The notes beneath the pieces are model-generated. The model saw nothing but the letters and a program-made list of their open reading frames with translations. It ran no database searches and was not told the origin of the DNA. From positions 288,001-352,000 of the forward strand of contig CAXXUA010000004.1 of the NCBI GenBank assembly GCA_963663765.2: a DNA stretch of 64,000 bases, in the 5' to 3' direction. Of this stretch, positions 19,373-29,656 are shown piece by piece. The translations under genes were made by a program, and so were the position numbers. The stretch comes from Candidatus Poribacteria bacterium (lineage in GTDB: Bacteria; Poribacteria; WGA-4E; WGA-3G). Every line of letters starts with the position of its first letter. Positions within the stretch are counted from its first letter, which is position 1.

Positions 19373-22300
19373 ATGGACTCAAAACTCATTACTGGAAATG
19401 GCGGGATCACGCACCCGCGAATTGACCTACAGCAAGGACAAAAACTTCACGGATTTGAAGTCAAAACCATCACTCCTATTGATGAATTGTGTGCAGTGTC
19501 CATACAACTCACACATCCACGCAGCGGTGCAAGTCTGTTACACCTCTATACAGACGACACCAGAAATCTATTTGCAATCAGTCCAATAACACCATCATTT
19601 GATGATACTGGATTACCCCATATCCTTGAGCACTGTGTCATGAGTGGATCTCGTAAATATCCTATAAAAGGCGGTTTCAACGAGGTCATGAAGATGAGTT
19701 TAGCGTCTTATGATAGTACGAATGCAATGAATTGTATCGATTATGGCTTATACTTCGCTTCAAGCAATCTAAAAAAGGACCTGTTTAATCTGGCTGAAGT
19801 CCACTTTGATTCCGTTTTTCATCCTCTTCTTAAAGAGGAGACCTTTAAACGTGAAGGGCATCACCTTGAAGTTATTGATCCAGATCAACCAACAGTAGAT
19901 CTAAAAATTAACGGGATCGTCTACAATGAAGTGAAAATTGGCTTAACTGATCCAGGATACTGTTTAAATTCTTCTGTAAAGAATAACCTTCTACCAGATA
20001 CCTGCTATGTCAACAATGGTGGTGGAAACCCACTCTTTATCCCAGATTTGACTTACGAACAACTGAAAACCTACCACCAAACATACTATCATCCACACAA
20101 CAGTTACTTTTTCTTCTACGGAAATATACCAACACAAGACTATCTCTTATTTCTGGCTGATAAATTGGCAGCTTTACCAAAGTCAGGTACCAATGTGTTA
20201 CCACATCCACTACGACCAGAAATCACACATCAGTCAAGTTGGAAATCTCCGCGAACTGTGAAGGATACTTACCCTATAAGTACGAATGAATCACTCACAG
20301 AAAAGACCTACTTGATGTTGTGTTGGCTCATCGGTGATGCAACAGATCCTGAGACTACTATCTTGTGCGGATTACTCCGCAGGATACTACTCGGTAACGA
20401 AGGAGCGCCACTACGTAAGGCAATTATCAAATCAAAACTTGGTACTGACATACGTTACAATATAGGCGGTGGAAAGTTAGGACCGAATCAAACATTCAGT
20501 GTCGGAATAGTTGGAAGTGAATCAGATCGCGCTAATACTTTCACAGAATTGGTCTTGGATACACTTGTTCAAATTGCAGACTCAGAACTTGACCAAGAAC
20601 TTATAGAAACAGCATTCCGCCAAATCACCTATGACTATCTGGAAGTCACTCCGAGTTACCCTTTTCAGATGGTTATGCGTGTTATGGATACATGGATATA
20701 CCAAAAAGAACCCACCAAATTTCTAAAGATGAGGAAACACCTTGCTGCTGTACTTCAACGTTGGAAGCAAAATTCACAGCTATTTAATGAATTGATCCGT
20801 GAGTGGTTACTTGACAATCCACATCGGTTGACAACTATCCTCACTCCTGACCATGATATGCAGGCAAGACTTGATGCTCAGGAAGAAAATCGTCTGAAAG
20901 CTATCCGCGCACAACTTACAGATGAACAGATGAAACAGATTGCTGCCGATGCCGCTGAACTTGAACATCTTAGTGGTCAACCTAATTCACCGGAGGAATT
21001 AGCAAAGTTACCACAACTGCATATCACAGATCTACCCAAGAAACCCCTTCATATTCCTACCACTCTTGAAGAGATTAACGGTTGTCCTGTGTATCTAAAC
21101 AATATTTTTTCAAACGGTGTGAACTATCTTGTGTTGAACCTTGATTTACAAGGATTGCCGCAACACCTTTGGCAGTATCTGCCCAGTTATACCGATGCAA
21201 TTGACAAACTTGGTACTGGCAAGATGAATTTTGAACAGATGGCACGTCGTAAATCATCAGCCGCAGGAGGATTAGGATGTACACCAAACTTTACAACGCA
21301 TGCACTTAATCCAAAACAATTAGTGTGTGGTATAAAATTTCATCTAAAAACACTTGATGGAAAAATTGAGGATGCGTTGAACGTTCTGCATGACCTGATA
21401 TTTGATATTAACCCACACGATAAAGATAGATTCCACAACGTACTCAATCAAACTGTAACTTCTAAACAAGACTATTACTGGGCACATGTCGCCAACCATC
21501 GCGCAGCCAGTGGACTGTCACATCGCGGTTTTCTCAAAGATATTGTCTACGGACTACCCCGCTTACGCACAAGTGAAATGTTACTCAATAGATTTGACGA
21601 TGCTTATGAAGACCTGACATGTAAAATTGAACAGATTCGAAATTTTTTATTAAACAGAAATCGTATATCAGCAAGTTTTACAGGATCTGTAGCAGCTTTT
21701 GAGGTGTTTCGTGATCGGTTTGCACAATGGATTCACGCCATGCGTGATGAACCAACCAAACCAGTACCGATAGGCTTTAAACAATTTGAGACACCACCAT
21801 GTGATGGCTTAGCTGCTCCTATACCAATTGCACATTGCACAAAGATGATTCCAGCTCCACACTATTCACATCCTGATTCTGTTCTCTTGACAATCGGTTC
21901 ACATATCTTGTTAAATGATTACATGATTCAAGAAATTCGATTAAAAGGAAATGCTTACGGTTTTGCTTTCTCATATAACCCGTTTGAATCCTTGATCTAC
22001 CAAGGCTCGCAACAGGATCCCCACATCGCACGTACTCTTAATGTGTTTGCTAATACAGTTGACTATGTTAAAAAGACGGAATGGACACAGACTGATATTG
22101 ACCGCGCAATTATTGCTAAGTCATCAGACTATCAGCAAACTATTCGTCCCAATCAAGCCTCATCTATTGCACTAACTCACCATCTTGAGGGACAAACACC
22201 AAAAATTATTGAAGAAAAATATGACCAACTGCGCTGCGCAACTCCAAAGGAAGTAAAACGGGCTCTCCTTCAAGTTCTTGAAGAAAACCAAGATAAAGCA

Positions 22301-22384
22301 CCGATCTGTGTCATAGCAAGCCGAGAGAAATTGGAAGAAGAAAATCAGAAATTAGAGCAACCGCTTGTAATTCAGGATATATAA
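19373..22384 (+). CDS. M16C insulinase-family (presequence protease-like) metallopeptidase, divergent paralog
   Basis: HILEH inverted Zn motif, KREGHH, IVYNE, IRLKGNAYG; colinear with the next gene. Confidence 0.9.
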   Translation: MDSKLITGNGGITHPRIDLQQGQKLHGFEVKTITPIDELCAVSIQLTHPRSGASLLHLYTDDTRNLFAISPITPSFDDTGLPHILEHCVMSGSRKYPIKGGFNEVMKMSLASYDSTNAMNCIDYGLYFASSNLKKDLFNLAEVHFDSVFHPLLKEETFKREGHHLEVIDPDQPTVDLKINGIVYNEVKIGLTDPGYCLNSSVKNNLLPDTCYVNNGGGNPLFIPDLTYEQLKTYHQTYYHPHNSYFFFYGNIPTQDYLLFLADKLAALPKSGTNVLPHPLRPEITHQSSWKSPRTVKDTYPISTNESLTEKTYLMLCWLIGDATDPETTILCGLLRRILLGNEGAPLRKAIIKSKLGTDIRYNIGGGKLGPNQTFSVGIVGSESDRANTFTELVLDTLVQIADSELDQELIETAFRQITYDYLEVTPSYPFQMVMRVMDTWIYQKEPTKFLKMRKHLAAVLQRWKQNSQLFNELIREWLLDNPHRLTTILTPDHDMQARLDAQEENRLKAIRAQLTDEQMKQIAADAAELEHLSGQPNSPEELAKLPQLHITDLPKKPLHIPTTLEEINGCPVYLNNIFSNGVNYLVLNLDLQGLPQHLWQYLPSYTDAIDKLGTGKMNFEQMARRKSSAAGGLGCTPNFTTHALNPKQLVCGIKFHLKTLDGKIEDALNVLHDLIFDINPHDKDRFHNVLNQTVTSKQDYYWAHVANHRAASGLSHRGFLKDIVYGLPRLRTSEMLLNRFDDAYEDLTCKIEQIRNFLLNRNRISASFTGSVAAFEVFRDRFAQWIHAMRDEPTKPVPIGFKQFETPPCDGLAAPIPIAHCTKMIPAPHYSHPDSVLLTIGSHILLNDYMIQEIRLKGNAYGFAFSYNPFESLIYQGSQQDPHIARTLNVFANTVDYVKKTEWTQTDIDRAIIAKSSDYQQTIRPNQASSIALTHHLEGQTPKIIEEKYDQLRCATPKEVKRALLQVLEENQDKAPICVIASREKLEEENQKLEQPLVIQDI

Positions 22385-22443
22385 CAAATACTTATTGACA
22401 ATCTACTTGTTAGATGTCCGAATAAATAATACTGGAGGAAAGA

Positions 22444-25400
22444 ATGGATACAAAACTCGCAGCTGAAAATGGCGGGACATTACAGCCGCCAATTGAACTA
22501 CAACAAGGACAAAACCTACACGGATTTGAAGTCAAAACTATCACTCCTATAGATGAACTACGAGCAGTAACAATTGAGTTAGTACATCATCATAGCGGGG
22601 CACGGTTACTTCATCTCTATACAGACGACACAGAAAACCTTTTCTCAGTCAGTTTCCCAACACCCCCATCAGACGACACAGGTACTCCCCACATACTTGA
22701 GCATGCTGTCTTAGCAGGATCACATAAATTTCCTGTTAAAGAACCATTCTTTGAAATGATAAAGATGAGCATGGCTACCTTCATTAACGCCATGACAAGT
22801 TCAGACCATACTCTGTACCCCGTAGCAAGCAATGTCAAAAAAGACTTATTTAACCTTGCAGAAGTATACTTTGATGCCGTATTTCACCCATTATTAACAG
22901 AGGAAACTTTCAAACGCGAAGGACACCATCTTGCTCCTGTAGATCCTGAGAACCCAACTGGTGATCTGAAGATTACCGGCATTGTCTACAACGAAATGAA
23001 AGGTGCTTTTTCTAACCCAGAATCACGTTTATATCGCACTTCATCAAACAAACTACTACCCGATACACTCTATGCGAAAGAATCCGGGGGAGACCCTGAT
23101 GCAATTCCTGAACTCACTTATACACAACTCAAGACTTTCCACGAAACCTTTTATCATCCCAGTAACGGATTTTTCTTCTTATATGGTGATATTCCAACAA
23201 GTGATTACCTATCATTTCTTGCTGAAAAACTTGAAAAAATACCAAAAAGCGAAAAAATTGCTTCATTAAAACCACTTAATCCTGATGCTACACGACAACC
23301 ACGATGGAAATCTCCACAGACTGTTAGTGATACATATCCCGTTTCACCCGATGAATCACTTTCTGAAAAAACATACCTGATGCTAAGTTGGCTCATCGGT
23401 GATGCTACGGATCCTGAAGATGTTGTCATGAGTTATATTCTCAGTTTAATACTATTCGGTAATGAAGCAGCACCACTAAAGAAAGCAATAATTGACTCAA
23501 AATTAGGAACAGATCTGATCTCTTCAGGTGTCGGTTCAATTGGTCCGAACAGTACCTTTTATGTTGGCATCAAAGGAAGTGAAAAAGACCGAACTGAAGC
23601 ATTTACATCATTGGTAACCAATACTTTGACACAACTTGCTGAATCAGTGTTCGAAAGCCAATTAGTAGAAGCAGCTTTTCAACAGTCAACCTTATATTAC
23701 CAAGAAGTTTCACCAAATTTCCCACTTCGCATGCTATTCCGAGTGATCAACGCTTGGATATATGAAATCAACTCCGACACATTCCTAAGAATGGGAGAGA
23801 ACCTCGCTACTATCCGTAAACGATGGGAAGAAAGTCCTGCTATTTTCAACGAAATGATTCAGGAACGTTTGTTGGATAACCCTCACAGATTGACCAGCAT
23901 TCTTTCACCTGACCCAACCATGCAAGCAAAAACTGATGCTGAATTGGAGAAACGTACTAAGAACATTCGGGCACAACTCAACGACGATCAAATGCTAAAG
24001 ATCGCTGCTGATGCTGCTGAATTAGACCGTATGAATGGACAACCAAATCCACCTGAAGCTTTAGCAAAGCTACCGCAGCTTAACGTCAACGACCTTCCCG
24101 ATAAACCGAAACATATACCGACAACCATTGACAAGGTTTCTGATCGAGACCTACTACGCAGTGACGTTTTCGCAAATGGGGTCAACTACTTTGTTCTGGA
24201 TATAGATATTCGCGGATTACCAAAACACCTGTGGTCCTATTTACCGAGTTATATTGATGCTATCGACAAACTCGGTGCTGCTGAAATGGATTTCACACAG
24301 ATGGCTCTCCGAAAATCTGCTTTTACTGGCGGCATCGGTTGTGGTGTTGGATTTCGTACACACGCATCGGATGCTAAGCGATCACTTCAAAACGCATACT
24401 TCCATCTCAAAGCACATGATAGCAAAATGAACGAAGCACTTGAAGTCTTACACGATCTCGTTTTTTCTGTAAACCCGCGCGATACAGAACGACTACATGA
24501 TATTATGATTCAAGCTGTCTCAGCGTACCGCACAGGTATGGTTCAAGACGGTTCAGGCACTGCAATCCATCATGCAGCCCGAGGACTTTCACCACAAGGA
24601 CACCTTTCTGAAATCGTCCACGGTCTACCACAACTCAGACAGAGCGAAACCTTACTCAACGGTTTTGACGAACTAAATACCGATCTTATGAGTCAAATAG
24701 AAGAGATAAGAGATTTCTTGCTGAATAGTCAAAGGGTGACTGCAGGATTTGTAGGTTCCGACTCCGCATACACAACAACACGTGATAAACTTAGTGCTTG
24801 GTTGAATGAAATGCGTGATGAACAGGTTGAAACAGTACAGATTGAATATCTACCCTATGATACACCCCCACGCGAAGGGTTAGCAGGACCAATTCAGATC
24901 GCACACTGTGCACATGTTATGCCAGCACCACACTACTCACATCCTGATTCAACATTGATCTCAATTGGAACACACCTCGTGCGGATGGATTATATATTGA
25001 GTGAAATCCGCTTTAAAGGTAATGCCTACGGTGCAAGATTGTCATACAGTGGCTTTGACAGCGCACTATATCAATCCTCATTCAGAGATCCACATGTAGC
25101 ACGCACAATCAATGTATTTGAGCAGACAATAGATTACATCAAGCAGGTAGAATGGACACAAACCGATATTGACCGAGCTATCATTTCATCTGCAAAAGAT
25201 GCTGAAAAACCGATTCGTCCAAGTCAAGCTGTAAGCAATGCACAGTGGTATCACATTAGCGGACAAACAAACGAAATGCGCGAACAACGTTATACTCAAC
25301 TCCGAAGTGCAACCCCAAAAGAAGTAAAACGCTCATTAATTCAACTTTTTGAAGAAAATCTGGATAAAGCAGCTGTTTGTGTCGTTTCAAGTCGTGAAAA

Positions 25401-25461
25401 ACTTGAAGCCGCAAACAATGAATTGTCAAAACCTCTTGAAATTGAAGACATATTAACCTAA
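22444..25461 (+). CDS. M16C insulinase-family (presequence protease-like) metallopeptidase
   Basis: GTPHILEHAVLAGSHKFPVKEPFF, TFINAMT, IVYNEMKG, SGGDP, IRFKGNAYG, SFRDP; RBS ggagg. Confidence 0.93.
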   Translation: MDTKLAAENGGTLQPPIELQQGQNLHGFEVKTITPIDELRAVTIELVHHHSGARLLHLYTDDTENLFSVSFPTPPSDDTGTPHILEHAVLAGSHKFPVKEPFFEMIKMSMATFINAMTSSDHTLYPVASNVKKDLFNLAEVYFDAVFHPLLTEETFKREGHHLAPVDPENPTGDLKITGIVYNEMKGAFSNPESRLYRTSSNKLLPDTLYAKESGGDPDAIPELTYTQLKTFHETFYHPSNGFFFLYGDIPTSDYLSFLAEKLEKIPKSEKIASLKPLNPDATRQPRWKSPQTVSDTYPVSPDESLSEKTYLMLSWLIGDATDPEDVVMSYILSLILFGNEAAPLKKAIIDSKLGTDLISSGVGSIGPNSTFYVGIKGSEKDRTEAFTSLVTNTLTQLAESVFESQLVEAAFQQSTLYYQEVSPNFPLRMLFRVINAWIYEINSDTFLRMGENLATIRKRWEESPAIFNEMIQERLLDNPHRLTSILSPDPTMQAKTDAELEKRTKNIRAQLNDDQMLKIAADAAELDRMNGQPNPPEALAKLPQLNVNDLPDKPKHIPTTIDKVSDRDLLRSDVFANGVNYFVLDIDIRGLPKHLWSYLPSYIDAIDKLGAAEMDFTQMALRKSAFTGGIGCGVGFRTHASDAKRSLQNAYFHLKAHDSKMNEALEVLHDLVFSVNPRDTERLHDIMIQAVSAYRTGMVQDGSGTAIHHAARGLSPQGHLSEIVHGLPQLRQSETLLNGFDELNTDLMSQIEEIRDFLLNSQRVTAGFVGSDSAYTTTRDKLSAWLNEMRDEQVETVQIEYLPYDTPPREGLAGPIQIAHCAHVMPAPHYSHPDSTLISIGTHLVRMDYILSEIRFKGNAYGARLSYSGFDSALYQSSFRDPHVARTINVFEQTIDYIKQVEWTQTDIDRAIISSAKDAEKPIRPSQAVSNAQWYHISGQTNEMREQRYTQLRSATPKEVKRSLIQLFEENLDKAAVCVVSSREKLEAANNELSKPLEIEDILT

Positions 25462-25524
25462 ACAAGAATTGTAGAATATCCATTACACGACTTCTACATA
25501 ATAATTAAAGGGAGAACAAAAACA

Positions 25525-26889
25525 ATGAAGAAATTTGGTGTTATACTGATGTGTATCTGTGCATTAGCAATAATCACAGTGTATACAACAAAAACTATTG
25601 CTGATAGTCATAAAGTAAAAAAAGAACAGACAGTCGACTATGAAAATAATTGGCATCACTGGCGGGGTCCAGATACTAACGGTACTGCTGTCAATGCTAA
25701 TCCACCAACAACATGGAACGAAGACAAAAACGTCCGATGGAAAGTACCTATTGAAGGTTTAGGACACGCAACACCTATCATTTGGAAAGATAAGATCTTT
25801 GTCCAAACTGCTATTGAGAGTGCACCAGCAAAGGTGGAATCTGAACCTCCACCTGAAGAAAATCAACGTAGAAGAAGACGAAGAGCTTTACCTACATATA
25901 AATTTGATATTATATGTTTCGACAGAAGTAATGGGGATGTCCTCTGGCAAAAAACACTACGCGAAACCGTACCACATGAAGGCATGCATAACGATTCAAG
26001 TTTCGCTTCTAATTCTCCTGTTACGGATGGCGAATACATCTATGCATACTTTGGATCCCGAGGACTCTACTGCTTAGATATGATGGGTAATATCAAGTGG
26101 GAAAAAGATATTGGAACAATGAGGAAAGCTGGAACTTTCGGCGAAGGAAGTTGTCCCATTATACACGACAATACTATCGTCATTCTACAGGACCACGAAG
26201 ACCAATCCTTTATCACTGCACTTGATAAACGTACCGGAGACGAAATATGGAAGATACTCCGCGACGAACGTACAACATGGACATCACCTATCATCGTTGA
26301 ACATAATGAAATTTCACAAATTATCGTTCCAGCAACAAACAGAACACGCAGCTACGACTTAACAAACGGTGAAGTCATCTGGGAATGTAGTGGAATGACC
26401 CGAAACGTAATCCCATCACCACTATACAAGGATGGACATGTATATATCATCAGTGGTTTCCGAGGTGCGTCACTGCAAGCAATTAACTTGGATCTCGCTA
26501 AAGGTGATATTACCGGTACAGAAGCAGTCGTATGGGAATACGATCGCGACACACCTTACGTCCCTTCACCCATGTTGAGTGGTGACATTATCTATTTCCT
26601 AAAAGGTAATAACGGTATTCTCACAGCAATTGATAGAAATACAGGGCAGGTACATTTCGGACCTGAAAGGGTGAATGGCATATCTGGTGTCTATTCATCA
26701 ATCGCAGGTGTCTCGGATCGTGTCTACATCGCAAGCCGCAACGGCACTGTCGCAGTGCTAAAACACGGACCGACGCTTGAAATTATCGCGCAGAATAAAC
26801 TTGATGATAGTTTCAACGCATCACCCGTAATCGTCGGTTCAGAGTTATTCCTGCGTGGCAAAGAACATCTCTACTGCATCGCAGAGTAA
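25525..26889 (+). CDS. Secreted PQQ-binding-like beta-propeller protein
   Basis: Signal peptide, NWHHWRGP, ASNSPVTDG, PYVPSP; paralog of 29657-31051. Confidence 0.88.
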   Translation: MKKFGVILMCICALAIITVYTTKTIADSHKVKKEQTVDYENNWHHWRGPDTNGTAVNANPPTTWNEDKNVRWKVPIEGLGHATPIIWKDKIFVQTAIESAPAKVESEPPPEENQRRRRRRALPTYKFDIICFDRSNGDVLWQKTLRETVPHEGMHNDSSFASNSPVTDGEYIYAYFGSRGLYCLDMMGNIKWEKDIGTMRKAGTFGEGSCPIIHDNTIVILQDHEDQSFITALDKRTGDEIWKILRDERTTWTSPIIVEHNEISQIIVPATNRTRSYDLTNGEVIWECSGMTRNVIPSPLYKDGHVYIISGFRGASLQAINLDLAKGDITGTEAVVWEYDRDTPYVPSPMLSGDIIYFLKGNNGILTAIDRNTGQVHFGPERVNGISGVYSSIAGVSDRVYIASRNGTVAVLKHGPTLEIIAQNKLDDSFNASPVIVGSELFLRGKEHLYCIAE

Positions 26890-26925
26890 AAAGTAATTTT
26901 ACTTAGTAGACTTTGGAATTAATTG

Positions 26926-26971
26926 GACACCAGTGTTAGGTTCGGTTAGGAAACCGAACCTAACACTGGTG
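26926..26971. repeat. Long hairpin built on the ggttaggaaacc REP class
   Basis: acaccagtgttaggttcggtt-agg-aaaccgaacctaacactggtgt; may also serve as terminator. Confidence 0.7.
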
Positions 26972-27065
26972 TTGCAGCACAAACCTTTAGTTTGTTTCCA
27001 CATCTGTACATACTAAATGAAGACTAATAAATTAGGTAATTTTATCTAACCCACCCTGGTATGCG

Positions 27066-27282
27066 GGGAATGAAAAAAGAAGCATGCGCTTATGGCATGC
27101 TCCATGATTCATACCCGGGGAAGGCTAAAAGGCATTCATACCCGGGGAATGCCTAAATGGCATTCATACCTTTGATTTCTTGATTTGGCGTTTTGTAAGT
27201 GCGTTATAAACCATAAATATTATGAACATTACATCATTTTCGTAAGAATTCTTGATTAAATCAAAAAACAGCGTAAGTCCTG
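27066..27282 (-). mobile_element. Degenerate CAGGAC-family MITE containing self-nested micro-elements
   Basis: Three gggaa(t/g)g...cattcatacc starts and two ttgattt ends (27066-27188); ends gcgtaagtcctg at 27282. Confidence 0.65.
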
Positions 27283-27430
27283 AAAGATTCTGATACGATA
27301 TTTTACAAATTCATCAAATTTTTCAAAATTAAAACACACCACTATTCATGTTTGAAATACCATATTTCTGTAGGAGCTTCCACTCGGTTATTACACGAAG
27401 GATGCTCCAGTAAATAAACAAGGATTTAAA

Positions 27431-29254
27431 ATGACACGTTTTCTTACGATTATTGGTATCGGAATTATAATATTCACTTGTTCAAGTTGTTCGACGGATG
27501 AAGATCCTTCAGATGTAGATTCCATAATGATACCTGACACTTCAGAAGAAGCCCCGAATATAATAGAAATGTTGGGTGTCGCTCTTCTCAGCGATGATGT
27601 CGTGTTAGAAGATATGCATGCAATGGAAATTGAAGAGTTTGAAGATAAAACACCTGTGCAAATTGTAACTGTTCTTGAAGGTACGCAACGTGTGACAATC
27701 AATGCACACTTTCGGGGAATACGTAATTTCGGATTCGGGTTTCCATTGTATGAATGTGAACTTATGTCTGAAGATGTTGAGAAAATGGGGGGTATCGCAT
27801 CAGGTATGTCAGGAAGTCCAGTAGGTCCCCCTGGAAAAGTAATGGGTGCACTAGCTTACGGCGACTACTTCGCTTCTGCTCCAACACGGTTCTGGGTGAC
27901 ACCAATAGACGCAATGGAGTCATTACGGGAACATCAAACCTTCGGTGATGAATTAGAAGAACGCCTTGCGGCTGCACCATCTGGAAAGATAAATTCTGTA
28001 TATGCCCCAGTGAAAACACCGCTAATGATTACTGGTATCAATCCAAGCAGACTTGAACACCTGTCAACATATCTTAAAGGTTCACGATTCGATCATTTTG
28101 ACATTTTTGCTGGTATAGGTGGAGTTCCTGCAGCACCCGTAGTGGATAGAAAATTGATGGCGGGAGATATGATTGGGGTTGCTATTGCAACAGGAGATGT
28201 CGTCAATGCTATCGGGTTCGGTACATTAACGCAAATCTATGATGATGATACTTTTGTTGCATTTGGACACCCGTTTTCATCATTTGGTGACGGCAAGACC
28301 TCGCTACCAGTATATAGAGCAGTTGTCAATGGACTTGTACCAAATCTCCAAAGTTCTTACAAATCTGTATCGGCTTATGGTGACCCAATCGGCACTATCA
28401 CGAAAGACCTTGTACCAGCGATAGTTGGACAAATCGGGGTCATACCAGAAACGATACCATTCAATATAACATATCAGAGAGCTGAAAAAGTCATAAAGAA
28501 AGAACACGAAGTCTCTTATGGATACGAACTGTATATACCAATAATTGCTGCAGTTACGCAGGACGCAATCCGTTTAGAAACAAGTCCAACCACAGTTGAA
28601 GTGACTATCAAACTTGAATTCAAAGAGTCACAGAATAGCTACTCAGAAACATTTATAAGCGTTTCTGATGACTCATATTTTGATATTCTCTTTAGAACAC
28701 AAAGAATTATTTCTACTTTTACGGATATTTTCAATAACACAACTGAGAAAGCTACATTGACATCGGTAGAGATGACAATTGAAGAGAAACCAGAAATTAT
28801 GCTCGCGACAATTCAGGAAGTGATTATGTCTGATGAAATTGTTCGTGGCACATCCACCACTGTTACTGTTGTTTTGCTGCCTCATTGGAGCGCCATTCAG
28901 GATGAAGAACGGAAAATAGAAAAGCAGGTAACACTTGAGATCCCTCAGGATCATCCTTTGGGTGATGCTTGGATCACTGTTTACGCTGAAGATTATTATG
29001 ACCCATTTTTTAGCATTTTCTTTGATGACGATTCTGATTCGGATTCTGATATGCTACCTGAGAACCTTGATGAACTTATTGAACAACTGGAAGAAAACCA
29101 GAACGAATCCCCCAGCATCATTACAATAGTTCTTTCGGATGAGATTATTTCTACGTATGATATAATCTCATCTGATGAACCTCAAAACACCATTACGGTC
29201 AATGGTTTTATTGTCACTGGGAGAAAGTCAGAATCAGTTAAGATTACACAATAA
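27431..29254 (+). CDS. SpoIVB-type S55 serine peptidase, probable lipoprotein
   Basis: GIASGMSGSPV nucleophile motif, GALAYG, VAFGHPF; hydrophobic N-terminus with Cys; acidic C-terminus. Confidence 0.8.
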   Translation: MTRFLTIIGIGIIIFTCSSCSTDEDPSDVDSIMIPDTSEEAPNIIEMLGVALLSDDVVLEDMHAMEIEEFEDKTPVQIVTVLEGTQRVTINAHFRGIRNFGFGFPLYECELMSEDVEKMGGIASGMSGSPVGPPGKVMGALAYGDYFASAPTRFWVTPIDAMESLREHQTFGDELEERLAAAPSGKINSVYAPVKTPLMITGINPSRLEHLSTYLKGSRFDHFDIFAGIGGVPAAPVVDRKLMAGDMIGVAIATGDVVNAIGFGTLTQIYDDDTFVAFGHPFSSFGDGKTSLPVYRAVVNGLVPNLQSSYKSVSAYGDPIGTITKDLVPAIVGQIGVIPETIPFNITYQRAEKVIKKEHEVSYGYELYIPIIAAVTQDAIRLETSPTTVEVTIKLEFKESQNSYSETFISVSDDSYFDILFRTQRIISTFTDIFNNTTEKATLTSVEMTIEEKPEIMLATIQEVIMSDEIVRGTSTTVTVVLLPHWSAIQDEERKIEKQVTLEIPQDHPLGDAWITVYAEDYYDPFFSIFFDDDSDSDSDMLPENLDELIEQLEENQNESPSIITIVLSDEIISTYDIISSDEPQNTITVNGFIVTGRKSESVKITQ

Positions 29255-29257
29255 ATA

Positions 29258-29331
29258 CAGGACTTACGCAATAAACAGTAGGCGGAGAATGTATAAATGG
29301 CATTCATACAGTTGTTGATTTGGTAAGTCCT
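29258..29331. mobile_element. Short degenerate CAGGAC MITE containing a micro-element
   Basis: caggacttacgca ... gtaggcg[gagaatg...ggcattcatac...ttgatttgg]taagtcct. Confidence 0.6.
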
Positions 29332-29408
29332 TGTTCAAACAATTTGGTTTTGCAAACTCAATACCAATTAAAAATAAACTTTCATTAACACCATCAACTG
29401 ATAATTCT

Positions 29409-29567
29409 CAGGACTTACGCAGTTTTCTTGATTTAATCAAGAATTATGTTGAAAATGATGTAATTAATCAGTATTTTTATAGGGTTCCAGCGCGCTTACA
29501 AAGCACCAAATCAACGGTATGAATGCCATTTAGGCATTCCCCGCCTACCGTTTTTGCGTAAGTTCTG
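29409..29567. mobile_element. CAGGAC-family MITE with a 36-nt micro-element in its REP (29506-29541)
   Basis: TIRs caggacttacgca / tgcgtaagttctg; TSD ATTCT. Confidence 0.9.
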
Positions 29568-29656
29568 ATTCTTAAAGCTTAATACCTCTGACTTATTTGT
29601 GATACTCATGAAAACTATTTAACGATTCTAATACTCTGAATAAGGAAAACAAAAAA

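Noticed and set aside
27431-29254. Sporulation locus (SpoIVB and SpoIIE domains)
   Set aside because: Both domains are widespread outside sporulators; no other spo genes are present.
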